Part shown: one piece after another, positions 50,331-64,000 of the stretch
Layout: the number at the start of each line of letters is the position of its first letter
How positions within the stretch are numbered: position 1 is the stretch's first letter
NCBI RefSeq assembly: GCF_963921235.1
Contig: NC_086109.1
Coordinates: 34,164,001-34,228,000, forward strand
Direction of reading: 5' to 3'
From: Mobula hypostoma
Taxonomy: Eukaryota
DNA length: 64,000 bases
The notes under the pieces: model-generated
What the model saw: the letters and a program-made list of their open reading frames with translations, nothing else
Told to the model about the DNA's origin: nothing
Database searches by the model: none
Made by a program: the position numbers and the translations under genes

Positions 50331-51130
50331 ACAGGAAAGGGGAAGGCTGGCTTCAAAGCTAATTGAATTGACAATTTTAATTTGACTTCTATTTGAAATA
50401 TCATTTGGATGATGAAGGTAGATGTATAATTAGTCCTAAATTACACCGCTGATCTCTACCAAACATGTGAACTTGACCATCAAGAAGGACTACAGCAGCA
50501 TGCCCGTCATTGAATTGAATTGACTTTATTTCTTACATCCTTCACATACATGAGGAGTAAAAATCTTTACGTTACGCCTCCATCTAAATGTGCCATGTGT
50601 AATCATAGTAATTTATAATAAATAAAACAGAATGTAATATAGAGTACCAGAACATCATCACATGCACTATCCTGTTTGGAGTACCCCATTGTCTCTTCAT
50701 CATTGCTAGAGCTAAACTTTGCAACATGGTATCTCAACAATACCAAAAGAATGAGGCACAGTAGCTTTAGTGGTTAGCATAATGCATTACGTTGTCAGGG
50801 AGCCGGGTTCAACTCTCCCACAGTCTGTAAGGAACTTGTATGTTTCCATGTAGGTTTCCTCTTGGTGCTCTGATTTCCTCCCACATTCCAAAGATGTAAG
50901 GGTTAAGTAAGTTGTGGGCAAGCTATGATGACGTGGAAGCATGGCAACACTTGTGGGCTGCCCCCAGCACTTCCTTGGACTGTACTGGTCATTGTTGCAA
51001 ATGACACATTTCACTGCAATGTTTTGATATTTCAGTGTACATGTAACAAATAAAGCTAATCTTCAGAACTTTAAAAGAATACTACTGCTACAAGAGGTGG
51101 TTCAGCAATATTTTTGCAATGAAGCAATGT

Positions 51131-51772
51131 TAGATTAGATTAGATTATGAGGACATGCAGTCCTCTTTTATTGTCATTTAGTAATACATGCATTAAGAAA
51201 TGATACAATGTTCCTCCAGAATGATATCACAGAAACACTGAAAAACTGACAAAAACCACAGACTTATAACATATCGTTACAACAGTGCAAAGCAATACCA
51301 TAATTTGATAAAGAACAGACCATGGGCATGGTAAAAAAAAAGTCTCAAAGTCTCTCGAAAGTCCCATCATCTCACGCAGACGGTAGAAGGAAGAAAAACT
51401 CTCCCTGCCATGAGCTTCCAGCGCCGCAAACTGGCCGATGCAGCACCCTGGAAGCACCCGACCACAACCGACTCTTGAGTCCGTCTGAAAACTTTGTGCC
51501 TCCGACCAGCCCTCTGACACCAAGCACCAGGCATCATCTCTGGCAAGCACTTTGACCCCGGCCCCGGCAATAGGCAAAGCCGAGGATTTGGGGCCTTCCC
51601 CTCCGGAGATTCTCGATCGCACAGTAGCAGCAGCAGCGAAGCGGGCATTTCAGAAGTTTCTCCAGATGTTCCTCCATGCTTCTCATGGCTGTCTCCATCA
51701 AATCAGGATCGTGCACGGTACCTACTTACAAATATGATATCATTTCGGAATGGCCGTGCGTGCTGCAGCGTC
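51131..51772 (-). mobile_element. Non-autonomous (AATCT)n-tailed element, copy 2
   Basis: Reverse-complement homolog of 2300-2953. Confidence 0.8.
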
Positions 51773-54521
51773 GATATTGAACAATATTGAGCAATTAACA
51801 CTGGGCTCGCAAGAGATGCCCACATTCTGATTTTGCATTCAAAGTCTTTCAAGATGGTTTAGCCAGCTGATCTGATGTTTATCAGGATATCTACCTTAGG
51901 TTCCACTGAGAAGCAGGATCTTCCCCAGGCATTGCTCTAGCCAAATTCATCATCCTCCTTGCAGAAGCTGTTAAGAACCATTTCATTAGAAGCATCTTTT
52001 GCGCATGATCACTCAGATACATGACTCTTGAAATTGATTGCATATGGAACCTGTGTACAACAGCATTAAAAGCCAAAGAATAATATTCCCTAATGCAAGA
52101 CCATTCATGTCATGTACATACAAAATTCACTCTCTTATGGTGCTGAAAGAAGCTGGAATAGATTGAACATACAGCATTGTTTTTAGTCTGTAATTATGTG
52201 TGGGATACGATTCATAACAAGATCAATTCAATTAAAAATGTTGGTTTAAAAAGTTTAACTCACCCAGCTAAACATGGATGTATTTAAAAATAACATTTTA
52301 ATCACATTGTCAATCTGCTATTGGAGATTAAAACAAGCTCAAATTACCACAAGTGATTTTAAGATATAGGTATAAAACCATTTCCTTGTTATTTTTGGAT
52401 ACAGCAGTTTTTTTAACAGTAAAATTGAAAAATAAAGTTGAAGGTAACACGCACAAAATGCTGGAGAACTCACCAGGCCAGGTAGCATCTATGGAGAGGA
52501 TAAATAGCCAGCGTTTTGATCTGAGACCCGTCATCAGGTCCTGAAGTATTTTGTGTGTGTGCTCTTGATTAAAATAAAGTTCTAAACTTTTTATTCATCT
52601 CCTGTGCCCATTTTTTAAAAAATCTGCCTGAAATCCCACAAATGAGTGCAATTACCAGAGTGCCGTGTGAACACAATGAAACCTAAGGCTGTGAAATGAA
52701 CATGTTTGAGTGATGGGACAGCTTCCAGTTTTTAGTTACTCAGCTAGCAGTACTATCTTTGGAAAATAGTTCAATTTCTTCACTCATCAGTCACTCTCAA
52801 AGATCTAAACCTTGAAATAAGGCTTTTGGAAGCTTTTGAACACAAATCTTTAATGCTGTAGGTCAAACATGACTCTATTCAATGACAATAATATGTATTT
52901 TTTTGATAATTTGGAGAATAAAGTTGGGTGCAGCTAATTTTCATTTTCCTCTTTTTTTAACCCTGGTACTTGCTTACACATCAGTTTTTTTTGTTTCGCT
53001 TAACAGTTTTGTAATTTTCCCTCTGGCCTCCTTTAATGTTACGTATTTTCTGTACCTCTGGTTGACATGTTTTCTAACTCTACTTCACTAGTTGTTCTTA
53101 TCTTGTAAATCTATACCATTTTTTGCTAGCCAGCTGCTGACTTGGTTTTTCTCTGCTCTATCAGCTTTCTTTCTTCCTCTGTCTGCAGAAACATCCTTTA
53201 AGTCATCTAAACTGTTTCCTGCTTTTAAATACTGCTTTCTATTTTCCAAACTTATCACTCCTGAAATAATATATTGGTATTTTGAGTTCTTATTTTTATC
53301 TAGGCTGCAGATGTGCATTTTGAATGATAAACTGCTCTTGTTCAGACGTATTGTACTTGTCTCATTTATCTTTAAAATCAATATAAGTCCAGTAACTTAA
53401 CACTGATCAACTCTGCCCTACCACCCTGTCCACTAATTTTCTGTTTCACAGTTTACACCCTAATATATTGTCAACACCAACAATTTTTGATGTGGACAAA
53501 AATATCTGAAGTTGTTCATAGAAACATAATCAGCAGAAAAAAATTACAAAAAATTACACAAAAGAGGTGCTGGGCTGAATCATGCTGGTAAATAGCAGAA
53601 GTTCTTTAGTGAACTAATGGAACTTAAGTGTCCAAATGGCAGAGGTTTGCAATATCAGCTCAGGAGGATATAAGTGTACAAGCTTTGAACTGTTTGACAC
53701 ATGCTAGATCAGTGATTCCCAGTGGGTGTGGTTGCATGTCCTATGGTGGCAAAAAGGAAAAAGAAATCATTGGGAGGGGGTGGCAAGCGGCACCCTAACT
53801 TGAGGCACAAGACTTGACCGACTGTGTCTACTCACTGCCTTCGTCAACATTTGATACATTCCCAGTTTATGTTATCTTTTTATTTTAATTTAGCCCCGTT
53901 AATGAGGGATAAATACGTACAGTGTGATCTCTATGAGTCTGAAGGCGGTGAAGCCTTGAATTCTAATCCTGCTAAGGAACAGAAACTACAGAAAGTACGT
54001 CAATACAATGTTACATACCCGGTGTATGGTTTTATTCCATCCCTGACAGATCAGCGACATCCCATGTGTCTTATTTGTAATACTGTACTGTCAAATGAAG
54101 CCATGAAACCATCAAGATTGCAGGAACATGTCCATAAAAGACACTCTGAAAAGGCTATTTATGGTATTACTCAGTTCTTGAAGATGAAAGAAGCATTTGA
54201 AAAACATTGCACATTCGAGTCATTTGCCAGAAAAACTATAGTGTGGAAAATGTCAAACAATTGGTGAAAGATTAATGATGCCTGCTGTATCAGAAGTGCA
54301 CATCACTGTTCTTAAAACGGATACCAGTATTTTATAATCAAATCTTCTGAGTAATAAGTCTGTAGCTCGTCGCATTGATGGAATGAGGGAATTCACTGAG
54401 TATCAACTATGCACAGAGCTACAAAAAAACAGGATACAACTGAATGAGTCAACTGTATGAGACAATGAGGCATTGCTAATGGCATATGTCCTGTTTATCA
54501 AAAACATATGTTTATGAAGAG

Positions 54522-55178
54522 GCAAACAACAGGAATTCTGCAGATGCTGGAAATTCAAGCAACACACATAAAAGTTGCTGGTGAATGCAGCAGGCCAGGC
54601 AGCATCTGTAGGAAGAGGTGCAGTCGACGTTTCAGGCCGAGACCCTTCGTCAGGACTAACTGAAGGAAGAGTGAGTAAGGGATTTGAAAGTTGGAGGGGG
54701 AGGGGGAGATCCAAAATGATAGGAGAAGACAGGAGGGGGAGGGATGGAGCCAAGAGCTGGACAGGTGATAGGCAAAAGGGATATGAGAGGATCATGGGAC
54801 AGGAGATCTGGGGAGAAAGACGGGGGGGGGAACAGAGGATGGGCAAGGGGTATATTCCGAGGGACAGAGGGAGAAAAAGGAGAGTGAGAGAAAGAATGTG
54901 TATATAAAAATAAGTAACAGATGGGGTACGAGGGGGAGGCGGGGCATTAGCGGAAGTTAGTGAAGTCGATGTTCATGCCATCAGGTTAGAGGCTACCCAG
55001 ACGGAATATAAGGTGTTGTTCCTCCAACCTGAGTGTGGCTTCATCTTTACAGTAGAGGAGGCCGTGGATAGACATGTCAGAATGGGAATGGGATGTGGAA
55101 TTAAAATGTGTGGCCACTGGAAGATCCTGCTTTCTCTGGCGGACAGAGCGTAGGTGTTCAGCAAAGCGGTCTCCCAGC
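54522..55178 (-). mobile_element. Penelope-like 3' fragment inserted in the hAT element
   Basis: LGDRFAEHLRSVRQ..RLEEQHLIFRLGSL; intact hammerhead core. Confidence 0.9.
54622..54657 (-). ncRNA. Minimal type I hammerhead ribozyme (Penelope-associated)
   Basis: AGTC-CTGACGA-agggtctcggcct-GAAAC-GTC|GACT: full core, stem I AGTC/GACT, palindromic ACGT stem III. Confidence 0.7.
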
Positions 55179-55540
55179 AGCAGAGATGTAGTTTTTGAGG
55201 GGGATGCAAAGAATATCATGGATGAAATGAATATCTAACGAGGATGTCATGAAAAGAGCAAACACAAAAAGAGAAATAATGTATGAGATCATGAAAAGGC
55301 AACGTAACTTCATTGGACGTGTGATTAGGAAAGAGGAGTTAAAATGCACGGTAATTATGGGAAAGATTGAAGGGAAGAAAGCAAGAGGAAGACAAAGACA
55401 AATGATGATGGAGTCAGCAGCCAGAGAACTGGAAACGAATGCCAATGAATTGATCGACTTGACCCGAAACAGGAGTGTGTGGGCCATGGCAGTCAAAGTT
55501 CAAACTGGGCACAGCACCTGATGATGATGATGATGATAAT
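55179..55540 (+). mobile_element. RTE LINE 3' fragment
   Basis: IGRVIRKEELKCTVIMGKIEGKKARGRQR..W..GHST* and a (TGA)n tail. Confidence 0.85.
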
Positions 55541-56984
55541 TAGCAGAACATTTCTCCAGTTATGCCAAGATAACGGTGACAAGTTTGAACACTTGCTTCT
55601 TCACACTGAAGTGTGTTGGCTTTCAAAAGGCTGCTGCTTAAAATGATTCTTTGACTTTTTGACACTGTGGTTGAATTTTTGCTCGAAATCGACAAGAGTT
55701 TGGGAAACAAAGTTGAACCTCCATGTGGAGATGTGGCATACTTAGCTGATCTGTATGACAAAATGAACAGGGTGAGAATTTCAATTTAATCCGGGCAAAA
55801 CTGGCAGTGTCCACTTTTATCAGAAAATTGGAAATATACAAGCAAGACACTGGGAGAAGAATGTTCTCACAGTTTCCCTGCATGGAAAGTATGGCACTCT
55901 CTTTCACAGAAGGTAATTTGCAAGAGTACTGCTGACACCAGCAGTCTTTGAAGAAGGATTTTAGGAATTGATTCAAGAATTTGAATAATCTGGAAATTCC
56001 AGACTGGGGTAATTAACCCATTTCTTTGCAAGGTGGAAGAACAGAGAGAGTGCTTGAAAGAAGAACTTAACAAAATTCAGAATGATGAAGAAGCAAAAAT
56101 GCTTTTCAAAAATGTCAGCTTTTGTGATCTGTGGCTACACTGTCATACGAAGTTTTGTGGTCTTTGGAGAAGAGCCAAACTGCCTTTCATTCCATTTCCA
56201 TCCTCTTAACTTGTTGACAGAGGCTTCAATGCAGTGAACCACATACCAGTAACTGCTTGAAAATTGATATTTGTGGGGTCTTAAGACTTTTGTTATCACA
56301 ACCTGAACCAGATAGTTCAGCTTTTGCTAAGAACCATTAAGCTCAAGGAATACATGGATATCGAAGCTGTTGTACAGTGCGCAGGTACTATGTAAGCTAG
56401 GTTTAAAGACAAATAAAAATTTAAAACAGAATCATTTTTCTCATGTTAACATATGGTAGACATATTTTTACACTATGGGGGCGCCGGAAAGTATATTGTG
56501 CCTAACGGGCGTTGGCAAGTATGAAGGTGCTTTAGGGGGGCAGTGGAAAGTATGAAAGTTCTTTAGGGGGACATTGGGATAAAAAAAAGTTTGGAAACAC
56601 TGTGCTAGATGGTATGGTCTCCTTCGTTCTCTGCTTCAAGTCCAATAGTGGAGCAAAAAGTGAGGTTGCACATGACTTACACTGTGGAACCAGTTCACAG
56701 ATCTTGCACCAGGTTGCATAAGGAAGAAAATAAAGAATAACTTGCATTGATTTTCCCCATTATTTATGATTTTTTCACTAATTCTAATCATTTAAATTCG
56801 GATAACATTTAAAGAATAAAAAGAATGGGCAGAAGCATTCCAAATCAACTCTGTGAGATAGCAAATTGGGACATGGTTACGCTTAATGGATGGGACCAGC
56901 TTTACCTCACTCTCAGGACCCACTTTTGTTTACCGAGATCCCAGTGTGTCACAACCATGAATTCATTAGCGCAGTAGATACGGC

Positions 56985-57693
56985 AGGATACCTGGTAGTG
57001 TGGAGGAGCAGAGGGATCTCGGGGTACGTGTCCACAGATCCCTGAAAGTTGCCTCACAGGTGGATAGGGTAGTTAAGAAAGCTTATGGGGTGTTAGCTTT
57101 CATAAGTCGAGGGATAGAGTTTAAGAGTCGCGATGTAATGATGCAGCTCTATAAAACTCTGGTTAGGCCACACTTGGAGTACTGTGTCCAGTTCTGGTCA
57201 CCCCACTATAGGAAGGATGTGGAAGCATTGGAAAGGGTACAGAGGAGATTTACCAGGATACTGCCTGGTTTATAGAGTATGCATTATGATCAGAGATTAA
57301 AGGAGCTAGGGCTTTACTCTTTGGAGAGAAGGAGGATGAGAGGAGACATGATAGAGGTGTACAAGATAATAAGAGGAATAGATAGAGTGGATAGCCAGCG
57401 CCTCTTCACCAGAGCACCACTGCTCAATACAAGAGGACATGGCTCTAAGGTAAGGGGTGGGAAGTTCAAGGGGGATATTAGAGGAAGGTTTTTTACTCAG
57501 AGAGTGGTTGATGCATGGAATGCACTACCTGAGTCAGTGGTGGAGGCAGATACACTAGTGAAGTTTAAGAGACTACTAGACAGGTATAGGGAGGAATATA
57601 AGGTGGGGGCTTATATGGGAGACAGGGTTTGAGGGTCGGCACAACATTGTGGGCTGAAGGGCCTGTACTGTGCTGTACTATTCTATGTTCTAT
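56985..57693 (+). mobile_element. CR1 LINE 3' fragment
   Basis: QRDLGV..LYKTLVRPHLEYCVQFWSP..LERVQRRFTR; ttctatg tail. Confidence 0.9.
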
Positions 57694-60679
57694 AATTGTG
57701 CTTGTGAATTTGCACGTCAGCTAATTATTATTTAATTGTGATAGTATTTAACTCCATACTTGTCGTCGTAGTGCTTGTCGAGACTTGGACAGAGCACAGT
57801 AATGCTTCACTTGCCTGTTTTGCTTTTGGCCTTCCCTGAGAAACTGGACTTTTGAGTCAACTGACTTTGAAGACTAGTGGTAATCGTTTAATGTTTCGAT
57901 TTTCTTTTCAGCCACCGTGTAGGCTTTGTTTCCTATTTTAGAGTTTTAGTTAACGGCCCTTTTTGGCCTAGCGTTTATAGTTTATTTTCCCTTTAACACT
58001 GTTTGCAATAAAGTTTGTGAACTATTGACCTGCTTCAGTGTCTCTCACTCCGCACTTGGGCCATATCCGAACCTGGTAACTCGGTGCTGCTGGAAACATC
58101 ACTGTCAGTTCCAGGGAGGCCTTGACCATTAGGGACAGCATGGAGTCCAAATGACGAGTGTTGACTTACCAAAATTCAAACCACTGGGGCAGGACTAATG
58201 ATGCTTGAAAAATGAATATGAGTGATAAAAAGTAGGAGTGAGGTTTAGGAAGGATTCCAGGGAATCTGATGTGGCTACCAAAGCTAAGCATGAAGCCAGA
58301 TTTGGAGATATTGGAGGATAAAAGGGCATTGTGATAGGAAACTTTGACAAAAAGAGTATGTGAAGCAGCACATTCAAAAGCAAAGATAAAAAAAATGAGA
58401 TGTTGTTCATGTGGGTAAACAGAAAAAGGGACGATGAGGAATTGGGGCTTTTTGCAAGGATAACATACTGTAAGTAGAAAGTTCAAACTCATTTAAATAT
58501 TTGTTCTGTATGACCAGTTTTGGCACCTGGTTTAACTTTAATATTTTTCTTCCTCTAAATGTTTCATATTACTGGATTCAAGGTGTTTTACAACTGTGCC
58601 TCTGTACTTTATCTTAGGAGTTTATTAGATGCTGCTTCACTTTCCATTTATGCTGATAAGAATATAGATATTGGAAAGAGAAACCGTATGCAGATGAGAA
58701 AAATGGAATTCTGCACATCCAAATGACAGTATAGTAATTTCAGATTTATTCATCTCCTCCTGCTTTTCCCTCCGCCAGATCCACTTTTTGTTATTGAAGT
58801 CATGGAGTCATAGAATGAAAGAGGTAATGCATGGAAACAGAGCCTTGGGCCTACTGTGTCCATGCTGACCATCAACCATTAATCCCTTTTATATTCTTCC
58901 CACATTTTCATCAACTCCTCTCAGATTCTACTGCATGCTTACACATGAGGGGCAATTTCCAATGGCCAACTAACCCACCAAACCACATGTCTTTGGGATG
59001 CAAGAGGAATCAAGAGCACCCAGAAAAACCCATGCAGGCACAGGGACAATGTATAATTCTACACAGACAGCACCTGAAGTCATGATTCATCCCAGTCACT
59101 GGCACTGTGAGGCAGCAGCTCTACTGAATGCACCATAATCTCTGATCCTTTCAACCATGCCATCACTTGTCACTCAGACTATCCCGATCTATATCCTATC
59201 ATAGATCAAATATTTTGTTCTCCCCAGCCCTTTCCACTCCGCTACTTAAAACTCGTGTTAATTTCTCACTTTTCCCATTTCTGATACAAGGTCATTAACA
59301 TTACATGTTGCTGCTCCTCCAAAGATGCTGCCTGACCTACCTTGGATTTCCTGAAATTTTTCTTTTATATTTTTGAGTTTAGCTTATTTCATCTTGTAAG
59401 AGTTCAATGATTATTTGTTTGAGAAGTATCTCTCTATGAGGTGCGTTGTATCTTCAATACATAGAGCATGCAGCAGTGCTTAATCAGATACGTGTCTTTT
59501 ATATTAGAGCTCCAGGTTCTTTTTAATACCAGATCCTAAGGTGAGTTGAATTCTTAGAATTGTTATTTATCTCAAGATTAGCAGTTCTTTTTTAATTGCA
59601 CAATTGGGGAGAGGCTAGGCTGTCAGTTTTAGAAAAGCCATTGAACCTTACTGAAGTTTTTGTTATTAATTTCCAAATTGTTGCTGTTTTAAAAATATTT
59701 CAGGTAATCAGGGGAAATCATGACATAGATTTTTTATCTGTATTAATTTAAAGCCTTTACTTCCTCAGACGATGAATGAAATTTGGCACGTGCACTTTGA
59801 CCTCATTAATTTCATCAGTGCAGCAGAGAAAGCATCCTGTCTAGATTGGAACGGCAACTGTTCTGCCTGAGACTGCAAGAAACTGCAGAGAGTTGTGAAC
59901 ACGGTTCAGCACATCACAGAAACCAGCTTCCCTTTCGTGTTTTCTCTTCTCACTGCCTCAGTCAAGCGGTAAGCATAATCAAAGTCCCCGTCCATTCTGG
60001 TCAGTTTCCCTTTCCCTCACCCCCATCAGGCATAAGATACAAAAGTCTGAAAGGATCTACCAATATGCTCAAGAAAAACTTCTGTGTGGCTGTTATAAGA
60101 CACTTGAAAAGTCCTAGGTACAATGGTTTTAATAATAGTATTAATGATAAAAATAGTTTTGCACTATTTCTGTATTAATTTGATGATAGAAAATCACTAT
60201 GCAGCAGCATGCAGATGATAATGTCACTCATCAAGTTGCGCTGATCAGAAACTTCATTTGGTACAATTTTTCCCCCATTTTCTGAACCACAGGGGTGTAC
60301 ATTAATAATTTTAAGAACGCTTGAGCAGTTTCAACAGGCAAGATTTACATCTAACTAGTATAAACTTGCCACTGAATATTTAACCATGTAGGTCAATGGA
60401 GCATCCCCCGAGAATTTGTTTAATGGTTGGGATCACTCTGTCAAATTGCCAGGCAGCTATTATTAGATTAATACATAAATGTCACAATAACCCTCAAGAA
60501 TATCATAGCAGGGCTAAGCAACAAGTCTGAACAAACCTCTCAAAGTCATTCCAGAATCCCTCCTCGTGATAACAACTGGACCTGTTTAAAATTTTAGGAA
60601 TTTACTTTTGTGTACTCCCTGACAAATTTTCTCTTGCAGTAGTGGTGAAAGGAGTAACATAGAGACACTACTGCTGTCG

Positions 60680-61045
60680 CTAGGCCTGTACTCGAAGGTC
60701 AAGGAATGATCTTATAGGAACCTGAAGGACTCCGAAAGACCTGGACAGAGTGAATGTGGAGAGGATGTTTCCAGTCGTAGGAAAGTCTAGAATCCAAGGG
60801 CACAATCTCACATGAAAGGGATGTCCCTTTAAACTAAAATGAGGAAGAATTTCTTCAGCCAAAAGGTGGTGAGTCTGTGGAATTTGTTGCCAAAGAGGGC
60901 CACAGGGGCCAAGTCATTGGGTGTATTTAAGGCAGAGATTGATAGGTTCTTGATTGATAAGGAGGTTAAAGGTTACAGGGAGAATAGGGTTGAAAAATAA
61001 TCAGATTTGATTGAATGGTGGACTAAGTGGTTGAAATGACCTATA
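60680..61045 (+). mobile_element. CR1 3' fragment (older)
   Basis: gagaggatgtttcca..ttcttcagcca..gtggaatttgttgcc similarity to the other CR1 copies. Confidence 0.7.
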
Positions 61046-62325
61046 TCATTCAGGTTGGCATTTCAGCAGGACTGGAAAGAAAGAGGAGCGATAACATCAT
61101 GAAATCTGGGAAGAAGGGGTAAATCCAGCTGAGGTGGGGAGTGATAATTTCCAGTAACCATCCCCCTCAGTCACTGTTTTTATTTCTTCTATGCACTGGC
61201 CCCTATCACCCTATCTTTTTCCCCTCCACCAACCTCTGGATCTACCCCAATATTCCTCTGGAAGGTTCCTCTCCTCACCTTCTTCTCTTTATTCCATGTT
61301 TCACTGTCCTCTCCTATTAGCTTCCATCTTTTTCAACCCCTTCTCACTTCCATCTATCACCTCCCAGCTGCTTACATCATCCCCGCTCTCCCCTGCCCAT
61401 CAACCTCCTCACCTGGATCAACCCATCATCTGTCATTTCTTGCTCCACCCTCTCCTCTCACCTTGTTCTGATATCTTCCCTCTTGTTTTCCAGCCCAGTG
61501 CTAATATCAAACCACTGACATAATTAAAAAAGACGTTCCAGTAAATCACGAACAAGAGAAAATCTGCCAATGCTGAAAATATGAGCAAAGTACACAAAAT
61601 GCTGAAGGAACTTAGCAGGCCAGGCAGCATCTATGGGAAAAGTACACTCTGTTCGAATAAATCTACCGGTTATCTATCCAATCAAATCAAGGATAAAACA
61701 ACTCCAATAAAATGTGCTTTGCTTATTATGTAAGATTTAGATAATTAGCTGACAACTGTCTTGAAGACTGAGCTGGTTAAAAGGGTCTCCTGGATCCCAA
61801 ATGGCAAGGCCTATGAAATGGAGACATTTGCTTGCCTAATCATAGTCACGTGGATGGATCTGCACCTGTCCAAGAAATGTGTGATAATTGCCAACTGTTT
61901 AAACTTGCATGCATATTAAATAGTTTGAGATATTCTTGATATCCATAAACATTCATGAAATCATAGAGTAATGCAGTAATATAGGCCCTTCAGCCCATCT
62001 CCTCCATGCTGACCTGGTGCCCACCAACTTATTCCTATTTGCCCACATTTGGCTCATTTCCCTCTGAATCTCCCTTTCTATGTATTTAACCAATATCTTT
62101 TAAATATTTTACCTGCCTCAACTGCTTCTTCTGGCATCTCATTCCACATACACACCACCCTCAGTGTGAAGAAGTTGTCCCTCTAGTCTCTTTTAAATCT
62201 TTCACCTCTCACCTCAACCCTATGCCCTTTAGTTTTTGAATCCCTTATCCTGGGAGTAAAGATTGTGTGCACTCACCCTATCGATACCCCCCCATGATTT
62301 TATGCACACTAGTACATTACTGATT

Positions 62326-63353
62326 CATAGAAACATAGAAACATAGAAAAGAGGTGCAGGAGTAGGCCATTCGGCCCTTCGAGCCTGCACCACCATTCAG
62401 TATGATCATGGCTGATCACCTAACTCAGAACCCCGTACCTGCCTTCTCTCCATACCCCCTGATCCCTTTAGCCACAAGGGCCATATCTAACTCCCTCTTA
62501 AATATAGCCAATGAAGTGGCCTCAACTGTTTCTTGTGGCAGAGAATTCCACAGATTCACCACTCTCTGTGTGGAGAAGATTTTCCTAATCTCGGTCCTAA
62601 AAGGCTTCCCCTTTATCCTCAAACTATGACCCCTCATTCTGGACTTGCCCAACATGGGGAACAATCTTCCTGCATCTAGCCTGTCCAATCCCTTTAGGAT
62701 TTTATACGTTTCAACAAGATCCCCCCTCAATCTTCTAAATTCCAATGAGTATAAGCCTAGTCGATCCAATCTTTCATCATATGAAAGTCCTGCCATCCCA
62801 GGAATCAGTCTGGTGAACCTTCTTTGTACTCCCTCTATGGCAAGAATGTCTTTCCTCAGATTAGGGGACCAAAACTGCATACAATACTCCAGGTGTGGGC
62901 TCACCAAGGCCTTGTACAACTGCAGTAGTACCTTCCTGCTCCTGTACTCAAATCCTCTTGCTATGAATGCCAGCATACCGTTCGCCTTTTTCACCACCTG
63001 CCATACCTGCATGCCCACTTTCAATGACTGGTGTATATTGACACCCAGGTCTCGTTGCACCTCCCCTTTTCCTAATCGGCCACGATTCAGATAATAATCT
63101 GTTTTCCTGTTTTTGCCACCAAAGTGGATAACCTCACATTTATCCACATTAAATTGCATCTGCCATGAATTTGCCCACTCACCTAACCTATCCAAGTCAC
63201 CCTGCATCCTCTTAGTATCCTCCTCACAGCTAACACTGCCGCCCAGGTTCATGTCATCTGCAAACTTGGAGATGCTGCATTTAATTCCCTCATCTAAGTC
63301 ATTAATATATATTGTAAACAACTGGGGTCCCAGCACTGAGCCTTGCGGTACCC
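62326..63353 (-). mobile_element. Young 5'-truncated CR1 LINE with uninterrupted RT C-terminal ORF (62425-63336)
   Basis: QGSVLGPQLFTIYINDL, KFADD, LEYCMQFWSP; (CTATGTTT)n tail at 62326-62349. Confidence 0.95.
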
Positions 63354-63691
63354 TGCAAGATTACCCCGCATATTATTATAAGTCAATTAAATGATTAAAT
63401 GAGTTAAAATATAAAAACATAAATATTTCAAATGTAACTCATAGAGCATTACTAAATTCTATATTTTTTTTCTTGTTGCTGTGAGGTTTGCAACATATTT
63501 CCAGCCCCTCTATGTTCAGCGACTAAAGCCCAGCTACAGAATGTCTTGATGGGCTTTTTCCATAAGCCCTTTTCACTGCTTCCATATGTCCAAGACATTT
63601 GGAAAAGAATTCTATTCTTTTTATATTATGAACCTGTGGATAGTTAATATATGAAATACAAAGTAAATAAAGCAACATTATAAACAAAGCG

Positions 63692-64000
63692 GAGGAGGAG
63701 AAGATGGCGGCACGACGCAGCGCACGCGGCCTCTCCGGTGAATGATATTTGTAATCTGTCAAGTAGGGTACCGTGCACAATTCTGATTTGATGGAGACAG
63801 ACGTGAGAGTACGGAGCAACGTCTGGAGAAACTTCTGAAATGCCCGCTTCGCTGCCGCTGCTACTGTGTAGTAACCGGAATCTCCGGAGCAGAAGGCCCC
63901 GAATCCTCGGCTTTGCTTGTTTCAGCAGCCGGGGTGAGGTTGAAGGCACTCGGCAGAGGATGGCGCTCGGGAGGCTGTATCGGAGGGACTGATCAGAGGC
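63692..64000 (+). mobile_element. Non-autonomous element copy 3 (5' part, runs off the window)
   Basis: gaagatggcggcacgacgcagcg head homologous to 2290 onward. Confidence 0.8.

Larger units (their letters stand above)
53710..56602 (+). mobile_element. hAT Buster/Charlie DNA transposon, both ends present, degraded transposase
   Basis: TIRs cagtgattccc / ggaaacactg; perfect 8-bp TSD TGCTAGAT (53702-53709 / 56603-56610); BED finger RQY..YGFI..PMCLIC..LSNEAMKPSRL..H..RH; HTEV.WLSKG-like block near 55600. Confidence 0.9.

Noticed and set aside
51891..52076. Minus-strand exon-like ORF with plausible splice sites
   Set aside because: No recognisable protein similarity and no partner exons.
53088..53400. 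Lys/Asn-rich 97-aa and hydrophobic 102-aa ORFs
   Set aside because: Explained by strand-biased AT-rich composition; no motif.
56927..58080. Second solo LTR (tgtttacc...ggtaac) split by the CR1
   Set aside because: Termini are imperfect and no TSD was found; plausible but unsupported.
62425..63336. Autonomous or domesticated RT gene
   Set aside because: A 5'-truncated CR1 lacking the endonuclease and RT N-terminus; the open frame reflects young age.

Overview
Eukaryotic, repeat-dominated vertebrate DNA. The repeat families (V-SINE/HE1-like SINEs, CR1 with (CTATGTTT)n tails, hammerhead-bearing Penelope-like ends) suggest a cartilaginous fish, probably a ray or skate; this is inference. The only host gene I can support is the last two coding exons of a GGNBP1-like ubiquitin-like-domain gene (181-320 and 8065-8115, +). 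The rest is mostly nested mobile elements: Rex1/Babar, CR1, RTE and an almost intact RNase H-bearing Nimb/I-group LINE; two Mag-like Gypsy relics; a two-LTR CsRn1-clade Gypsy; a solo LTR; hAT, Tc1 and Tigger elements; Penelope-like fragments; and SINEs. The most unusual locus is about 13.9-18.8 kb. There a Gypsy element has its RT/RNase H/integrase core replaced by a spliced RBM25 RRM cDNA fragment, fused in frame to its post-protease pol. Inside that fragment sits an internally deleted RTE element carrying a circularly permuted piece of CYHR1/ZFTRAF1 coding sequence. Protein and family assignments come from recalled sequence motifs, not database searches, and many repeat boundaries are approximate.
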